A stretch of DNA of 64,000 nucleotides. It comes from Prorocentrum cordatum (Eukaryota). Shown piece after piece: positions 11,590 to 48,203 of the stretch. The position numbers and the translations under genes are program-made. Location: contig CAUYUJ010000237.1 of assembly GCA_963575745.1 (NCBI GenBank), positions 496,001-560,000 of the forward strand, written 5' to 3'. How positions within the stretch are numbered: the first letter of the stretch is position 1; each line of letters begins with the position of its first letter. A model generated the notes under the pieces. That model had not been told where the DNA came from, did not search any database, and saw nothing but the letters and a program-made list of their open reading frames with translations.

Positions 11590-12650
11590 ATGGTCAAAGT
11601 GTGGGAGGGGGCTTCCCTGATCCACACAATCAACGAACCGACAGCGCATGTGTAACCATATCCCATGGTCTCTTCGGGATGCCATTTATGATGTTGGTGC
11701 CTGTTTGGAAGGACCAAAAAACCATGTCGTGGCATGGCATGGGAAACAATGACGCCAGCGCTGCAGCGGGAGCACGATTCTGAACGAGTGGAAGCGCGGT
11801 AATGAGGCCAACGCTGCAGCGGGAGCAGGATTCGGAACGAGCGGTGGCCCGAAAATGAGGCCCGCGCTTCAGCGAGAGCAGCATTTTGAACAAACAACCC
11901 AAGCGTGGAAGCGCGGAAATGAGGACGCGTAGCCTGACATAGCATGACGTGGCGACGCCCCAAAGTGGGGGGGGGGCTTCTGCGGCCCAGGAAATTAACA
12001 AATAGACGCCGAATGTGTAATCAATTCCTATGGTGTTTTTCGGGGGGTCATTTTCTAATGTTTGGTGCCATTTGGAAGGACCGAATGACATGCCATGGCA
12101 TGGCGCTGGAAATAATGACGCCAGCGCTGCAGCGGAAGCACGATTCAGAACGAGCGGAAGCGCGGAAATGAGGCCAGCGCTGCAGCGGGAGCACGATTCG
12201 CAACGAGCGGTAGCCCGAAAATGGAGCCAGCTCTTCAGCGAGAGCAGCATTTCGAACAAAAACCCAAAACGCGCGGCAGGGAGGAAATGGGGACGCGCAG
12301 CCTGACATAGCATGGCGTGGCGACGCCCCAAAGTGGGGGGGGGGGCTTCTGCGGCCCAGAAAATCAACGAACCGACACCGAATGTGTAATTCTGATGTTT
12401 TTTTTTCCGGAGGCCATTTACCAAATTTTTGGGTCTATTTGGAAGGACCGAATGACATGCCGTGACATGGCGCTGGAAATAATGACGCCAGCGCTGCAGC
12501 GGGAGCACGATTCGGAACGAGCGGAAGCTCGGAAATGAGGCCAGCGCTGCAGCGGGAGCACGATTCGCAACGAGCGGTAGTCCGAAAATGAGGCCAGCGC
12601 TTCAGCGAGAGCAGCATTTTGAAAAACGCCCAAGCGACCACCAAACTCCC
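11590..12650 (+). repeat. Tandem triplication of a ~365-bp unit containing internal ~51-bp repeats
   Basis: Three copies of AAAGT(G)TGGGG...TTTGGAAGGACC...ATGACGCCAGCGCTGCAGCGG(G/A)AGCACGATTC. Confidence 0.85.
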
Positions 12651-13045
12651 AGGAATCTCGTGCAAAAAAGCCAGTGCGCGGAGGGGGGTCGGACATTTCT
12701 CGGACGCCACCAGGGGAGAGAGGAGAGTAGTATTCATATTGTTGATATGTGGACGGGTCCGGCGTCGAGCGCAAGCTCATTTCTAGACGAGGTCGGTTCG
12801 CGCACAGTTTGGCCAACCACGCGGCGCCAACTTTCGGCTGTCTCCTGAGGTCAGTGATGAGCGGCTCTGGGCGCAGCTTCTAGTAGCGGGGTGTGGTCAC
12901 TGGACTGCGAGTGTAGGCTCCGCAGTGAGTTCGCTCGACGCTGTCACGCTGGGACCTGGGGCCAAAACTCGCACGGCCCCTGGCGGGCCTGGGGTGCCTT
13001 GCCCGGAACTCGGCCACGAGCTGGTGGGGCCCCTCATGTGAGTCT

Positions 13046-13543
<498 letters not shown>

Positions 13544-14189
13544 CGGTGCCGACTGCCGTCTCCGTGATCTAGGAGTGCCCTGGATCGGTCGTTTCCAGGG
13601 CTTTCGAAGCCAATCAATGGGTGCGTGCTAGCGGGGCCGCATGCCATAAGTTGGTCCACTAAGGCCCCCATGTAGAGAGCGACCGCCACCCCATGTTGCG
13701 GTGGTCGCCTGTCTTTCGCGTGGAGGTGCAATCTTCCGCCAGCTCAGCCATGTAGAAGTCCTGTGGTCCGTGGCCAACGCGCAGGGCTTTCAATGAGGTG
13801 ATTGCCCTCCTCATAGTAAGGGCCAAGCTCGCGGGGCAGCGCACAGACGTGGGCCTCCCTATACATCGATGAGAGAGGGCGTGGAGGGGGAGGAGGAGGA
13901 GGAGGAGGAGGAGGAGGAGGAGGAGGAGGAGGAGGAGGAGGAGGAGGAGGAGGAGGAGGAGGAGGAGGAGGAGGGCATGAGGAGGATGAGGAGGAGGAGG
14001 AGGGCGAGGGATAATACTGATGGATGAGAGAGGAGGACGAGGAGGACGAGGAGGATGAGGAGGAGTCGGAGTCGGAGTCGGAGGCGGATGCGGAGGAGGA
14101 GGAGGAGGAGGAGGAGGTGGAGGAGGAATTCTCACGTGCCCCGAACGTGCGCGTGGCTGACACATCAACCCCCACGTGCTCTTCTCGTA

Positions 14190-15130
14190 GTGCCAGATGC
14201 TGCCGCTGCACTCCTTCCCGCAGGAGCTGATTCCAGCGTTGCAGACGATGAGCCTCTGCTGCGCGCTACGCGCAGTGCCAATTGCTGCCACTGCACGCCT
14301 TCTCGCACAAACTGCCCCCAGCCTTGTAGCTGATCGCATGTCGCTCCGTACCTTGCTTCTCGCAGTGACTGCCTCGGCTGCCACTGCATGCGTTTTCTCA
14401 GGCACTAGTATCTGATGACGTGTTGCTCCTGCTCTGCGATGGTGCGCTGGCCAGTGCAGACACACCTTCTCGCACGAGCCGCCTCCAGCATTGCAGTTGA
14501 TCGCGTGCCGCTTCTGCACTTTCGCTGCCTTCTCGCAGGAGCTGCCCCAAGCATTGTAGCTGATGACGTACTGTTCCTGCTCTGCCATGTGGCATTGGCC
14601 TCTGGTGTTGCCGCCGCCACCGCGCGCCCTCTCGCACGAGCCAGCCCGAGCATTGTAGCCGATCGTATGCCGCTCTTGCGTTCTTGCACGTCCCCGCCGT
14701 TGTAGCTGATGACGCGTTGCTCTTGCTGTCGCCACTGCACTCCTTCTCGCGCGAGCTGCCCCCGGCGTAGCAGCTGATCGCATGCCGATCCTGTGCCTTC
14801 GCTGCCTCTCGCACGAGCCGCCCCCAGCGTTGTAGCTGATAGCATGCTGCTTCCGCTCTGCCGCGGTGCGCTGGCCTCCGCAGTCACTGCACACCTTCTC
14901 GCACGCGTCGCCTCCAGCGTCGTAGCTGATGACGTTCTGCTCCTGCAATGCCAGCTTCCAGTGCCACAGCCTGCCTTGTTGCAGGACGCGCTGCCACTGC
15001 CTGCTCCTTGCCTCTTCGGCCGAACCGGCTGCCGCTGCCTGCATTGACGCGAGATCTGATACCAGTGGGGGAGCTGATGATGTACGGCTCGGGCGCCAGC
15101 TCGTTCTGGCAGATCATGCTGCCGTTGTTG
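14190..15130 (-). pseudogene. Degenerate PPR-motif-derived repeat array
   Basis: Minus-strand peptides NVISYDAGGDACEK, HAISYNAGGGSCER, YVISYNAWGSSCEK, AINCNAGGGSCEK, QWQRVL and LAPEPYIIS resemble the PPR motif (P-x-V-I-S-Y-N-A-x-I-S-A-C-E-K-G-x-Q-W). The units fall in different frames. Confidence 0.7.
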
Positions 15131-15311
15131 TCCTCCTTGACTGTTGGCTTCGTCCATCGCCTGGCGCAGCCCTGTCTCCATTTCCTAGTGTTGCCCAATC
15201 TCCTTACTGTAACAGAAGACGTTCGGTCCCCTTGGTTTGGTTGGCTTCAGGCGGCATGGCCATTCCTGAATTGCCGTCTCATCCTTGGGTCCCTCCTGCC
15301 CCGAGAGGATT

Positions 15312-15472
15312 TCAGGAGGGGAAAAACACAGACACAACTAATCGACGCTTCCCCAGAAAACATGGGAAAACATGGGAAGTGGGGGGGGAACACAAAAGCT
15401 CAGAAGATGTAGGAAAATATAGGGGATCCTGTTATCTCTGTTCATTTATGTGTGTGTATCTGGGCCCCTTCA
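15312..15472 (+). mobile_element. Family A element with perfect 5-bp TSD GGATT
   Basis: GGATT|TCAGGAGGGG...GGGCCCCTTCA|GGATT. Confidence 0.85.
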
Positions 15473-15579
15473 GGATTGTCTGAGGAGTTGGAGGAGGACT
15501 CTGCTGGATATTCTGCTACGCAGATCCCACGCCTGATGGAAGACTCGGGCACGGACGGCGCGCCTGCTGCAAATTGCTA

Positions 15580-15749
15580 CACGTTGTTCCTTTCTCTAAT
15601 TCGTCGAAGGTTCTCTGATTTTTTTGGGGGGCCATGATCCTTTCGTTTCCAATTGTTCTATCCTGGGCGTCTTCCTGGCCACTAGGGGGCCAGGAACAAT
15701 TAGAAGCGAGCCCACTTAGACAGGAGCACGATCAGAAATGAACGACGTG
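15580..15749. mobile_element. Tc1/mariner-like MITE (family J) flanked by TA
   Basis: TA|CACGTTGTTCCTTTCT ... AGAAATGAACGACGTG|TA. Second copy at 61181-61355. Confidence 0.75.
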
Positions 15750-16897
15750 TACATGGAGGCCCGTGCGTGGAAGGAAAAACACATACGAGACAAGACGTGC
15801 GGAACTTCTGCTACATCTGCTGTGTGAGAACACGAGTGCACAGTGCGAGTTGTAACTATCTGTCCCCATCCTCGACCTTTGGCGGCCTGGCCAGACACGA
15901 TAGACATATGCAGTGTGTGCGTAGCCTGCCACGAAAACAAAACCCATCCATTGAATACACAAATTTGCGATGACATGTCAACTCATGACCCATTTGCTGC
16001 AGCATTGAACTAGAAGAAGCAACTGGACGGCAACGCTTGGTGATCGCACCCGACCGCACGTTAAGAAAATCAACCCACCACAGAAACTTCGATTTGGACG
16101 ATACTGCAATGGAAGGTTGAGCAACGTGTAGAGATGTAAACAAACGTGCGCACCCACCAATTCTTTGCATAAGGACAGCGGCATGTACCTTACTTGCCCC
16201 GCGGGGCCTGGGCCAGGCTAGCCAGTAAAGGCACCTCTTCACGTGCATGCTGCCGCCGACCCTGTAGTCGAGTTCCGCGCCTGCAGCGCCTTGGATCTCA
16301 AGGCTCCTCGCATCCTTCCGCCGGCGGTGGCATCGGCGTTGGCCTCTCACCACCGGTGGCACCTGCAGTCTCGTCGGCGTGATCTCGCTGGCTGACACCC
16401 TCCGCACCAGCAGCTGCAGGCCCTCTCTGACTGGGGCGCCTGCCTCCGCGCTCGGGACTGCACAGCCCGGGCCCCTCCTGCATCCTCGGTACGGGTCGCC
16501 CTGGGCTCCAGCTACCACCCACGGGATGGTGCCAGCAGGGCCTCGCTGCGGCTCGGGACGTCGCTGCCACCTCGGAGTTTGACGGCCCACCTCGGGGGGG
16601 CTGGCCGGACGCGCACCTCCCGCCCACCGTGAGCGAGACGGCTGGGTTGGAGGGGGAGGAGGAGGAGGAGGAGGAGGAGGAGGAGGAGGAGGAGGAGGAG
16701 GAGGAGGAGGAGGAGGAGGAGGAGGAGGTGCAGGAGGGAGGCCCCCCCCCCCCCCCCCTGCGCGGGGCAGGAGCGCCGGCAGCGCCTCACCGCCGCACGG
16801 CGCCTCCCCCAGCAGGGACCCGAGAAGAAGGCTACGGGCTCCTCCTCCTCCTCGTCCTCCTCCTCCTCGTCCTCCTCGTCCTCCTCCTCCTCCTCCT

Positions 16898-16913
16898 GCC
16901 ATTTTGGCTCGAG
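16898..16913 (+). other. Relict spliced leader (5'-truncated) ahead of a short UTR and ATG at 16968
   Basis: GCCATTTTGGCTCGAG matches the DinoSL 3' end at 15/16, directly after a (TCC)n tract. CCCAGCCATGG follows ~55 nt downstream. Confidence 0.75.
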
Positions 16914-16979
16914 GTTTCTCTGAGCTCGGTGGTGCGTGTTCAGAACGGCACTCTGCAGCACCCAGCCATGGCTCTGCTT

Positions 16980-17694
<715 letters not shown>

Positions 17695-18921
17695 TTCGCA
17701 GTCCGCAGATGGTACGCCATGGCGGCTGGTCCCAGCAGGCGTGGGCTCGCTAGTGCAGCCGCAGCGGCGATGCAGGCGGAGGAGCGGAGCGCTGGCCCGA
17801 GGCCCCTTGGGCCTGTGCTGGCTCGGCAGGCACAGGTGAGCAGGCAAGCCCCGCCTGCTGCTCCCTTTACCGCCCCGCTGGAAGCGCGACGCCTGCGGCT
17901 GCTGCCGCAAGAATCTGTGTGCGTGGGCATCGTACAAGCACTGCTGTGCGGTTCGTGGTGAAGTGGCTGCCGCTCGCGCTCGTGGTGGTCTCAGCGGTGG
18001 GGCCGATGGACCGGCGCGACTACACCGCCCAGGGCCTCTCTGCATGGTGCCTCAGCAGCGAGCCAAGGCTCCCCAGGGTCAGCCCACGGCAGACGAGCTT
18101 ACGACGATGGTCGATTTGCGCAAGCGGGTGGGGGGCAGAGAGGGCACAGCCAATTGGCAGGCAGACGTTGCCAAGGTTGAGTCCCCCGATGGCGCCCCCA
18201 GAAACCATCCAAGCTCGAGTGAACAAGGGCCAGAGTCGTGTTCAGCAGTTGGTATTCCCCCCACTTCCTATATTTTCCTGTGTTTTCTTGGGGATCGACG
18301 ATTGACTGTGTCGGTGTGTTTTTGCCCCTCCTGATCATACCCAGGCGCACTTCGGCCGATCGCTCCTCGCGAAGTCCCCGCGGGGCGCCGGGCGGGCCCA
18401 GGCCCGGGCGACGTGGCTCCACAGCGTTCCCCCTGGAGCGCCCTGGAACGGCCGCGCGGCGTTCGACACGTCCTCCAAAGGAGGAGGAGGAGGAGGAGGA
18501 GGAGGAGGAGGAGGAGGAGGAGGAGGAGGAGGAGGAGGAGGAGGAGGAGGAGGAGGAGGAGAGGAGGAGGGAGGAGGAGGGGGAGGGGGAGGAGGAGGAG
18601 GAGGAGGGAGGAGGAGGAGGAGGAGGAGGAGGAGGAGGAGGCGGAGGAGGAGGAGGAGGAGGAGAGGAGGAGGAGGGAGGAGGAGGAGGAGGAGGAGGAG
18701 GAGGAGGAGGAGGGAGGAGGAGGAGGAGGACGGAGGAGGAGGAGGAGGGAGGAGGAGGAGGAGGAGGAGGGAGGAGGAGGAGGAGGAGGAGGAGGAGGAG
18801 GAGGAGGAGGAGGAGCACGAGGAGGAGGAGGAGGCCGCCGGACCTCAGGGATCTCCGATTTGTCCCAGTCCGATTTTGTCATGGTCCTGGCTTCGTCTTG
18901 GGGTCGGGGGCTCCTAAACGG

Positions 18922-19092
18922 TCGGAGGTGGACAGACCTCCTACCCTGACACGTCGATTAGCGAATTGGCCGTTTTCGGTTCGCGAGAGGGCGTCGCGGC
19001 CGTCATTTTTGCGGGTCCAGGTCCGTCGGTTTCGGTCCCAGGCCGTTTTCACGAAAGGGTGGTTTGCTAAAGGGAGGTTTGTCCACCGCCGA
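18922..19092. mobile_element. MITE family D (~170 bp, ~20-bp TIR)
   Basis: TCGGAGGTGGACAGACCTCC ... GGAGGTTTGTCCACCGCCGA. Second copy at 42504-42674 with the same TIR pattern. Confidence 0.8.
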
Positions 19093-19768
19093 CTCAGGTA
19101 TCTCCGATTTGTCCCAGTCCGATTTTGTCATGGTCCTGGCTTCGTCTTGGGGTCGGGGGCTCCTAAACGGTGCGGTGACCACAAAGGTGTGCTGAGGCAG
19201 TCGGGATTCGGGGTGACCGCGCGGCTCTGGGACTCGGGTCGTCCTCCGATGATGGCTCGGACGACTGGAGTTCCCAGCGTGCTGAAGCCTTGCGGTGACG
19301 GGCCGTGCGGTGAGGTCTCTAGGGATTCCGAGGAGGTCACCACAGGGTCTGTCACCGCACCGTTTCGGGACTCAGCCACGCGCAGAGGGGGGTGGGGGGA
19401 GGGGGGAGGGCTTCTTAGAAGCACCCCTTCTTCTTAGAAGGCGCGGGCCTTCTTTGTAGATGTAAGGCCGGCGCCTTCTGAGAAGCAGCCTCCTTCTAAG
19501 AAGCCTTCCCCCCTCCCCCTACCCCCTTGTGCGCGCCGCCAAGGGACCACAAAGCGAGCGCTGAAGGACAACGGGTTCATCTTCACCGCCGTTGGTGCGC
19601 AAGCTGCCCGCGCAAGGTCGCGCGTGGGCACCCTTTGTTTTCGATGTAGTATGCCGCGCCAGCGGCCCGCGTTAGCCGTGCCGTCAGGTCGCTGCGTCAT
19701 CTCGCGTACGATCCCTTTCTTTTCGTCGCCCAATCTCAGGGAGCAGCGGCAGCCGAGGCCCTCGCACA

Positions 19769-19801
<33 letters not shown>

Positions 19802-19824
19802 TGCGTGGGCGTCGTCGCCGTCGC

Positions 19825-19862
<38 letters not shown>

Positions 19863-19869
19863 TCGCCCT

Positions 19870-19933
<64 letters not shown>

Positions 19934-22900
19934 TCGGGGCTCCGGTTGGGGAGCCGCGGCGGCGCCAGCGGCCGCGGCGGGCGCCGCGCAAAGCGAGGCC
20001 GCCGCGCCTGCCCGGCGACGCCGCCGCCGGCGAGGCCGCGGGGCCGCTGTCGGTGGTGGGCCAGGCGCCTCTCGGCGGAACGGGTCGGGCGTGTCGTTGG
20101 AGGTTCCCTCTGCCAGTGATGGCCCTGAGGCTCGAAGTCTGCAACACCTGCGAGGAGGGAGGGCGGGTGGTTTTTTGGAGATGCCGCTCTCGCGTTCTCG
20201 CCGCGCGCAGGTGCCTTAGTATCGGGAGGGGAAGAAAAGCACACACAATGAATCGTCAACTTCCAGGAAACTGCGAAAGCATGTGAAGTGGGGGGGGTGG
20301 TGGAAGTGGTGGGGGGGGGGTGGAAGCACACAAAAATTGGAAAGCAGGGGGAATCCTGTTATTGGTGTGTAGTTAAGTGTGTGTCCCAGGGCCTCTTTTT
20401 ATTAGGATGTAGCATTGTGGAGGACGATATGTGGAGAGGAGACAGGTTGCCAAATCATTTCCAGATGCCCACGACATGTGTTAAACATGTTCTAAGCATG
20501 GAAAAGCGTGTGCAAAAAAGCATGTTTTGAACATGTCCCGACATCTTGAACACGTTTTGATAAAGTCAAGGATAGGACTGCTAGGGGGTCCACTGTCGTG
20601 GCGTCCACAGCTGTAGCAGCTTCCAGGATGGAGGGCGGCCGGTTTCCAGAGCGTGGCTCTCGCGCTGCGCCGCGAGGCTTCGCCTGACACTGCCTGCAGC
20701 AGCTGCAGGGACGGAGGGCGGCGCCTGCTCTCGACACGTGATGTTCAGGAGGGAAGAAAACACACAGACACAATGAATCGTCGATCCCCCATAACATATG
20801 GGAAGTTATATGGGAAGTGGGGGTGGTGGAAGACCAACACACGGGAAGTATGGGAAAATACGGGGAACCCTGTTATGTGTGTGCATGTCCTTGTGTGTCC
20901 CAGGGCCCCTTCATTATAGTCTGCAGCGGCGTCAAGGGCTCGTGTGGCTGAAGTCCCCAGAATGGTGTTCTAGCACGGTATTTCGGGCCATTAGAGCGCA
21001 ACAGTCACATGGATGCGCGGTGCTGAAGTCGGTTTGGTAGGACGAATGTGGGGGAGGGTTGAAGAGGACGACTGTGAGAAGGCAGGGTGAGCAGGCGAGC
21101 TGATAAGGATGATTGAGGCGGACGGCTCAGGAGTTTCGACGAGGAAGGCTGAGGCAGGCAATCGATGAGGACTCGACCATCATGCGCCTCTTCAGCCCTC
21201 GCTCAGCTGTTTTTCTTTTCCTCCTTCCCTCAAGCCCTCTCCACCTCCAACCCTTTTCCCGGAGACTCATCGTGGAGCTCTCCCTGTGAGCCTCCTTCCG
21301 AGTCGCCCACATTTTCAAGCCTCCTCATCATCCCTCATCAGATTTCAGTATGAACCCTTTCCATCCCCCTCCTCATCAGTTCTCATCCACTATCCTTGCC
21401 ACTTTCGCTCACTTTTCAATTCATGTCTTAGCATATGTCTCTTAGTCGGCCATCCTTCCCGATCCACCTCCACCCCCTCGAATCTTGTATTGCCGGGAGG
21501 AGTTTTGATGCGAAAGGTCTGAGGAACAGGGTCGATGAAAGGAGGTATGACATGTTGCATTACAGTTGTAGCTACAGTCGGGTTTTAGTTGATTTGCAGC
21601 TCTAGTGGGTTGTACCAGAGTTATCGCGATGTAATGGTACATCGCATGGGCTTTTCAGGTTCAGGGCCTCGCCGTAGCTACGATCAGACTTGTTACTATG
21701 GTAGGACTCTGTTAAGATTGCGGGTGCAGCTGTATGCCACCATCTTTCTGAGACGTCCTTCCAACATGACTCTGGCAGGGGCGAAACCAGTTCTGGTAGG
21801 GCGCAATGGGCTTGTATATCTAGTAGGACGACTAATCTGACTGTGGCTCTGATCGGATGTGTTGCAACTTTAGCAGGTTAAGCCAGAGTGTGAGCTCGAA
21901 TCTTAGAGAGACATAGCATGGCCCTGGTTGAGGCACGACTGTGTCACACTCCCATGAACGTGACAACTTCGATATATTCCATATAGAGCCGGCTACAGCC
22001 CGGATTCAACCATTGTAGCTTCAAAACATACGTTGTCCAATTGAAGGTGCACATATGATAGGGTTTTGATCGATCTACACGGCACTACACTTGCAACAAC
22101 GCAAGAGGAGCCCAGTGGCAAGGAAGGGAGGGACGACGACGACGGGGGACGACACGACCAGGGGCGCGGAGGAAGCGGGGGAGGGGGTAGAAAAAGGGGG
22201 GGGGGGGACGCGCGCGCGACGCGCGCGCGCGCGCGCGCGCGCGCTCAGCCGCCCTCCGGGCCCGCGCAGCCCGCGGCAGGCGGGGGCGTGGCGGCGCCTC
22301 CGCCGAGGCGGGTCGCCCGCCGGTGGGCGGCCGCAGCAGCGCTGCGGCCGCGCCGTCGCGAGCCGTGCTCAGCGCGCGGCGCCGGGCGGCAACGCGCCCG
22401 CGCCAGCCTGCCCTTCCAGGTCGCTCAGCAGGGCCCTGGCTGCCTCGAGAAGCGCGGCAGGCCCGTGGGCGGCGGGTTCGGCTGCTGCTGCCGCTTCCAG
22501 CAGCAGCGCCCCCGCGTTCGCGCCCCGCCGGCGCGGTCGCCCGCGAAGGCCCTCAGGGCGGCCGCCTGCTGGCGCAGCGCCGCGGCCCGCCGGCTTCCCA
22601 GAGCGCCCGTGGCCCTGGCTCCATCCCGGGCCCAGCGGGCGCGCCGTCGCCCGGCGGGGAGGGCGGCGGCAGCCAGGCGGCGCTGGCGTCGCAGCCGTCC
22701 TCGCCGGCGTCGGCGTCGGCCAAGCGCTCTCGCTGCCGCGGCGGGGTCACGACCGCGGTCTGGGCGGGCGGGGCCGAGCCCGCCCGGGGTGGAGCGCGCG
22801 GCGTGGGGTCCGGCGAGGACGCTGCGCCGGCCGCCCAGTTTCGCGTGGGCGCGGCCCCCGCCCAACCGCCGTCGGGCACGGCGTCCAGCGACAGGGAGGG

Positions 22901-23141
22901 CGTCCAGTCGCAGGCGTACACGGCCTCCATGCCGTGTTCCCCCTCGTCCAGGGGCAGGGTCGGCACTGCCGGAGGCAGCTCCGTTAATTACCCCGCCGCG
23001 GGGGGGGCCGGCGGCCGGCCACGACGTCCTCCGTCGCCCCGCGGGGACCAGCGCCGGCCTCCCCGCCACGGGCTAGTGTGGCGGGGGCTGTCGCGGGGGG
23101 CCCTCCCAGTGGAAGAGCCCCGCCTCCCTCGCGACCTGCAG

Positions 23142-23195
23142 GACCCGCGCCGCGACCCCCTCGGCCTCGCAGCGCCAGCTCCCTGGACCTCTCTG
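23142..23195 (+). CDS. Possible upstream exon of the WLM gene (DPRRDPLGLAAPAPWTSL)
   Basis: CAG|G acceptor, G|GT donor, 54 nt, phase-compatible with exon 25540. No motif support. Confidence 0.35.
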
Positions 23196-23467
23196 GTGTG
23201 CGTTCTGACCAGGGTTTCGAAGCGAATGCAGCGGCGGTATGGCTAGCTTTTCCTCTTCTTACTTCTCCCTCCCGCCCCTCCTCCCCTCTCTGCCCGCGCC
23301 GACGGCGGCGGCGGCGAGCGCGCAGGCGCCAAAGCCTGGTCACCAGGCGCAGGCCACCAGGCGGCCCGCGCCAGCGCCGGCCAAGTTGCAGAGGACCGCG
23401 GCGAGCCGGGGGCCCGTCCATGTCGGGGAGGGGGAGGTGAAGGAGGGACGCGGGGTGAAACAGGGTA

Positions 23468-23525
23468 ATGATGATGCTGATGATGATGCTGATGCTGATG
23501 CTGATGCTGATGCTGATGCTGATGC

Positions 23526-23577
<52 letters not shown>

Positions 23578-24268
23578 ACTGATGCTCATGCTGTTGATGA
23601 TGATCATGGTGCTGATGATTATAATGGTAATCATGATGCTGCTGATGCTGATGCTGTTGATGATGATGATGATGGTGGTGGTGGTAGTGGTGTTGATGAT
23701 AATGATGGGCGGCGGTGGTGGTGGTGGTGGTGGTGGTGGTTATGCCGACGACGACGACGATTATGATGATGATGATGGTGGTGCTGATGCTGATGCCGAT
23801 GCCGATGATGATGGTGATGATGATGATGATGATGATGTTGATGATGTTGATGCTGATGATGCTGACGATGATGGTGATCATGATGTTGATGATGCTGATG
23901 ATGGGGAGGATGAGGCTAACGATGATGATGCTGTTGCTGCTGCTGGTGATGATGACGATGATGATGCTGCTGATGATGATGCTGATGATGTTCGTGATGA
24001 TGATGCTGATGCTGATGCGGATGATGATGCTGATGATGCTGCTGATGCTGATTATGCTGCTGATGATGGTGCTTATTATGCTGATGATGATGCTGATGAT
24101 GTTCTGCTGATTATTATGTTGATGACGACGACGGTGAAGATGATGATGATGCTGATGATGATGATGATGATGATGACGATGATGATGCTGGTGATGCTAA
24201 TGCTGACGACGAGGATGATGATGATGCTGATGATGCTGATGATGATGCTGATGATGATGATGATGAAC

Positions 24269-24328
<60 letters not shown>

Positions 24329-24543
24329 GTGATGGTGATGATGATGATGTTGTTGATGATGATGAAAATGATGATGATGATGATGATGATGACGATGATG
24401 ATCATGCTGATGGTGGTAATGATGATTCTGATGATGCTGCTTATGATGCTGCTGCTGAAGATGCTGATGGTGGTGGTGATGATGATGCTGGTGATGCTGG
24501 TGATGATGATGCTGATGATGATGATGATGAGGAGGAGGAGGAA

Positions 24544-24634
<91 letters not shown>

Positions 24635-24985
24635 CTGATGATGCTGATGATGGTGATGTTGTTGTTGTTGTTGATGCGGAGGAGGAGGTGGAGGAGGTGG
24701 AGGAGGACGAGGGTGAGGATGATGCTGATGACGATGCTGCTACTTCTGAAGACGCGGAGGAGGAGAAGGAGGAGGTGGAGGAGGAGGAACATATGGAAAC
24801 GGAGGAAGAGGAGGAGGGAGAAGGAGGAGGAGGAGGAGGAGGAGGAGGAGGAAGAGGAGGAGGAGGAGGAGGGGAGGAGGGGGAGGGGAAGGAGGAGAAA
24901 GGAGAGACGGAGGAGGAGGCGAAAGAGGAGGAGGAGGAGGAGGAGGAGGAGGAGGAGGAGGAGGAGGAGGAGGAGGAGGAGGAGG
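23468..24985. repeat. Long degenerate (GAT)n tract grading into (GGA)n
   Basis: Direct reading. A similar (GAT)n tract occupies ~63085-63990. Confidence 0.95.
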
Positions 24986-25539
24986 ATCTCGCTCACGTTT
25001 TTGGACGCCTTTTCGTGCTTTCGGATGTTTTGATATGATGTAGAATGTCTCGAACATGTTTTTCCGATTTCTGCATTTCTCTGGACATTATCAGGAGTTT
25101 GTTTGAATTTTTAGGTGCACGCTCTGATTTCAGCGGCTGCTTTTCCTCGACAGCCGTCTGGGGACGCCGCGATCACCCCGATCCGAACAGCACGAGAGAT
25201 CCGAACGCCTTTCGGGGACGCTGGACTCGGGTGCCGTTCTGTCTCCCCCTCCTCGCGGGCGGGAAGGCCGTGCACGAAGCAGGCCGGAAGCAGGCTTGTG
25301 GCCTGATTTGTCTTTGCAGCCGAGCCGAGCAGCGTCGACGCCATTTGCTGCTCTCGGAGCCCGCGGTATTAGTCATCTCTCCGACGGTGCGCTTCACCTC
25401 CCTCCTCCCCCTCCTCCTCCTCCCCCTCCTCCCCCTCCTCCTCCTCCTCCTCCTCCTCCTTCTCCCCTCCCTCCGCCCCTTCTGCCCGATGTGTCCCCCT
25501 CTCCCCCCGTGCTGCGCACCGCTCGAGAGGACGGACGAG

Positions 25540-48203
<22,664 letters not shown>

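Noticed and set aside
11750..12620. Regularly spaced GCCAGCGCTGCAGCGGGAGCACGATTC repeats resembling a CRISPR array
   Set aside because: The intervening sequences are themselves repeated rather than unique spacers, there are no cas genes, and the context is eukaryotic.
16898..16960. SL RNA gene (leader followed by GT)
   Set aside because: The leader is 5'-truncated and mismatched, there is no tandem array or 5S linkage, and it is followed by a UTR-like stretch and ATG.
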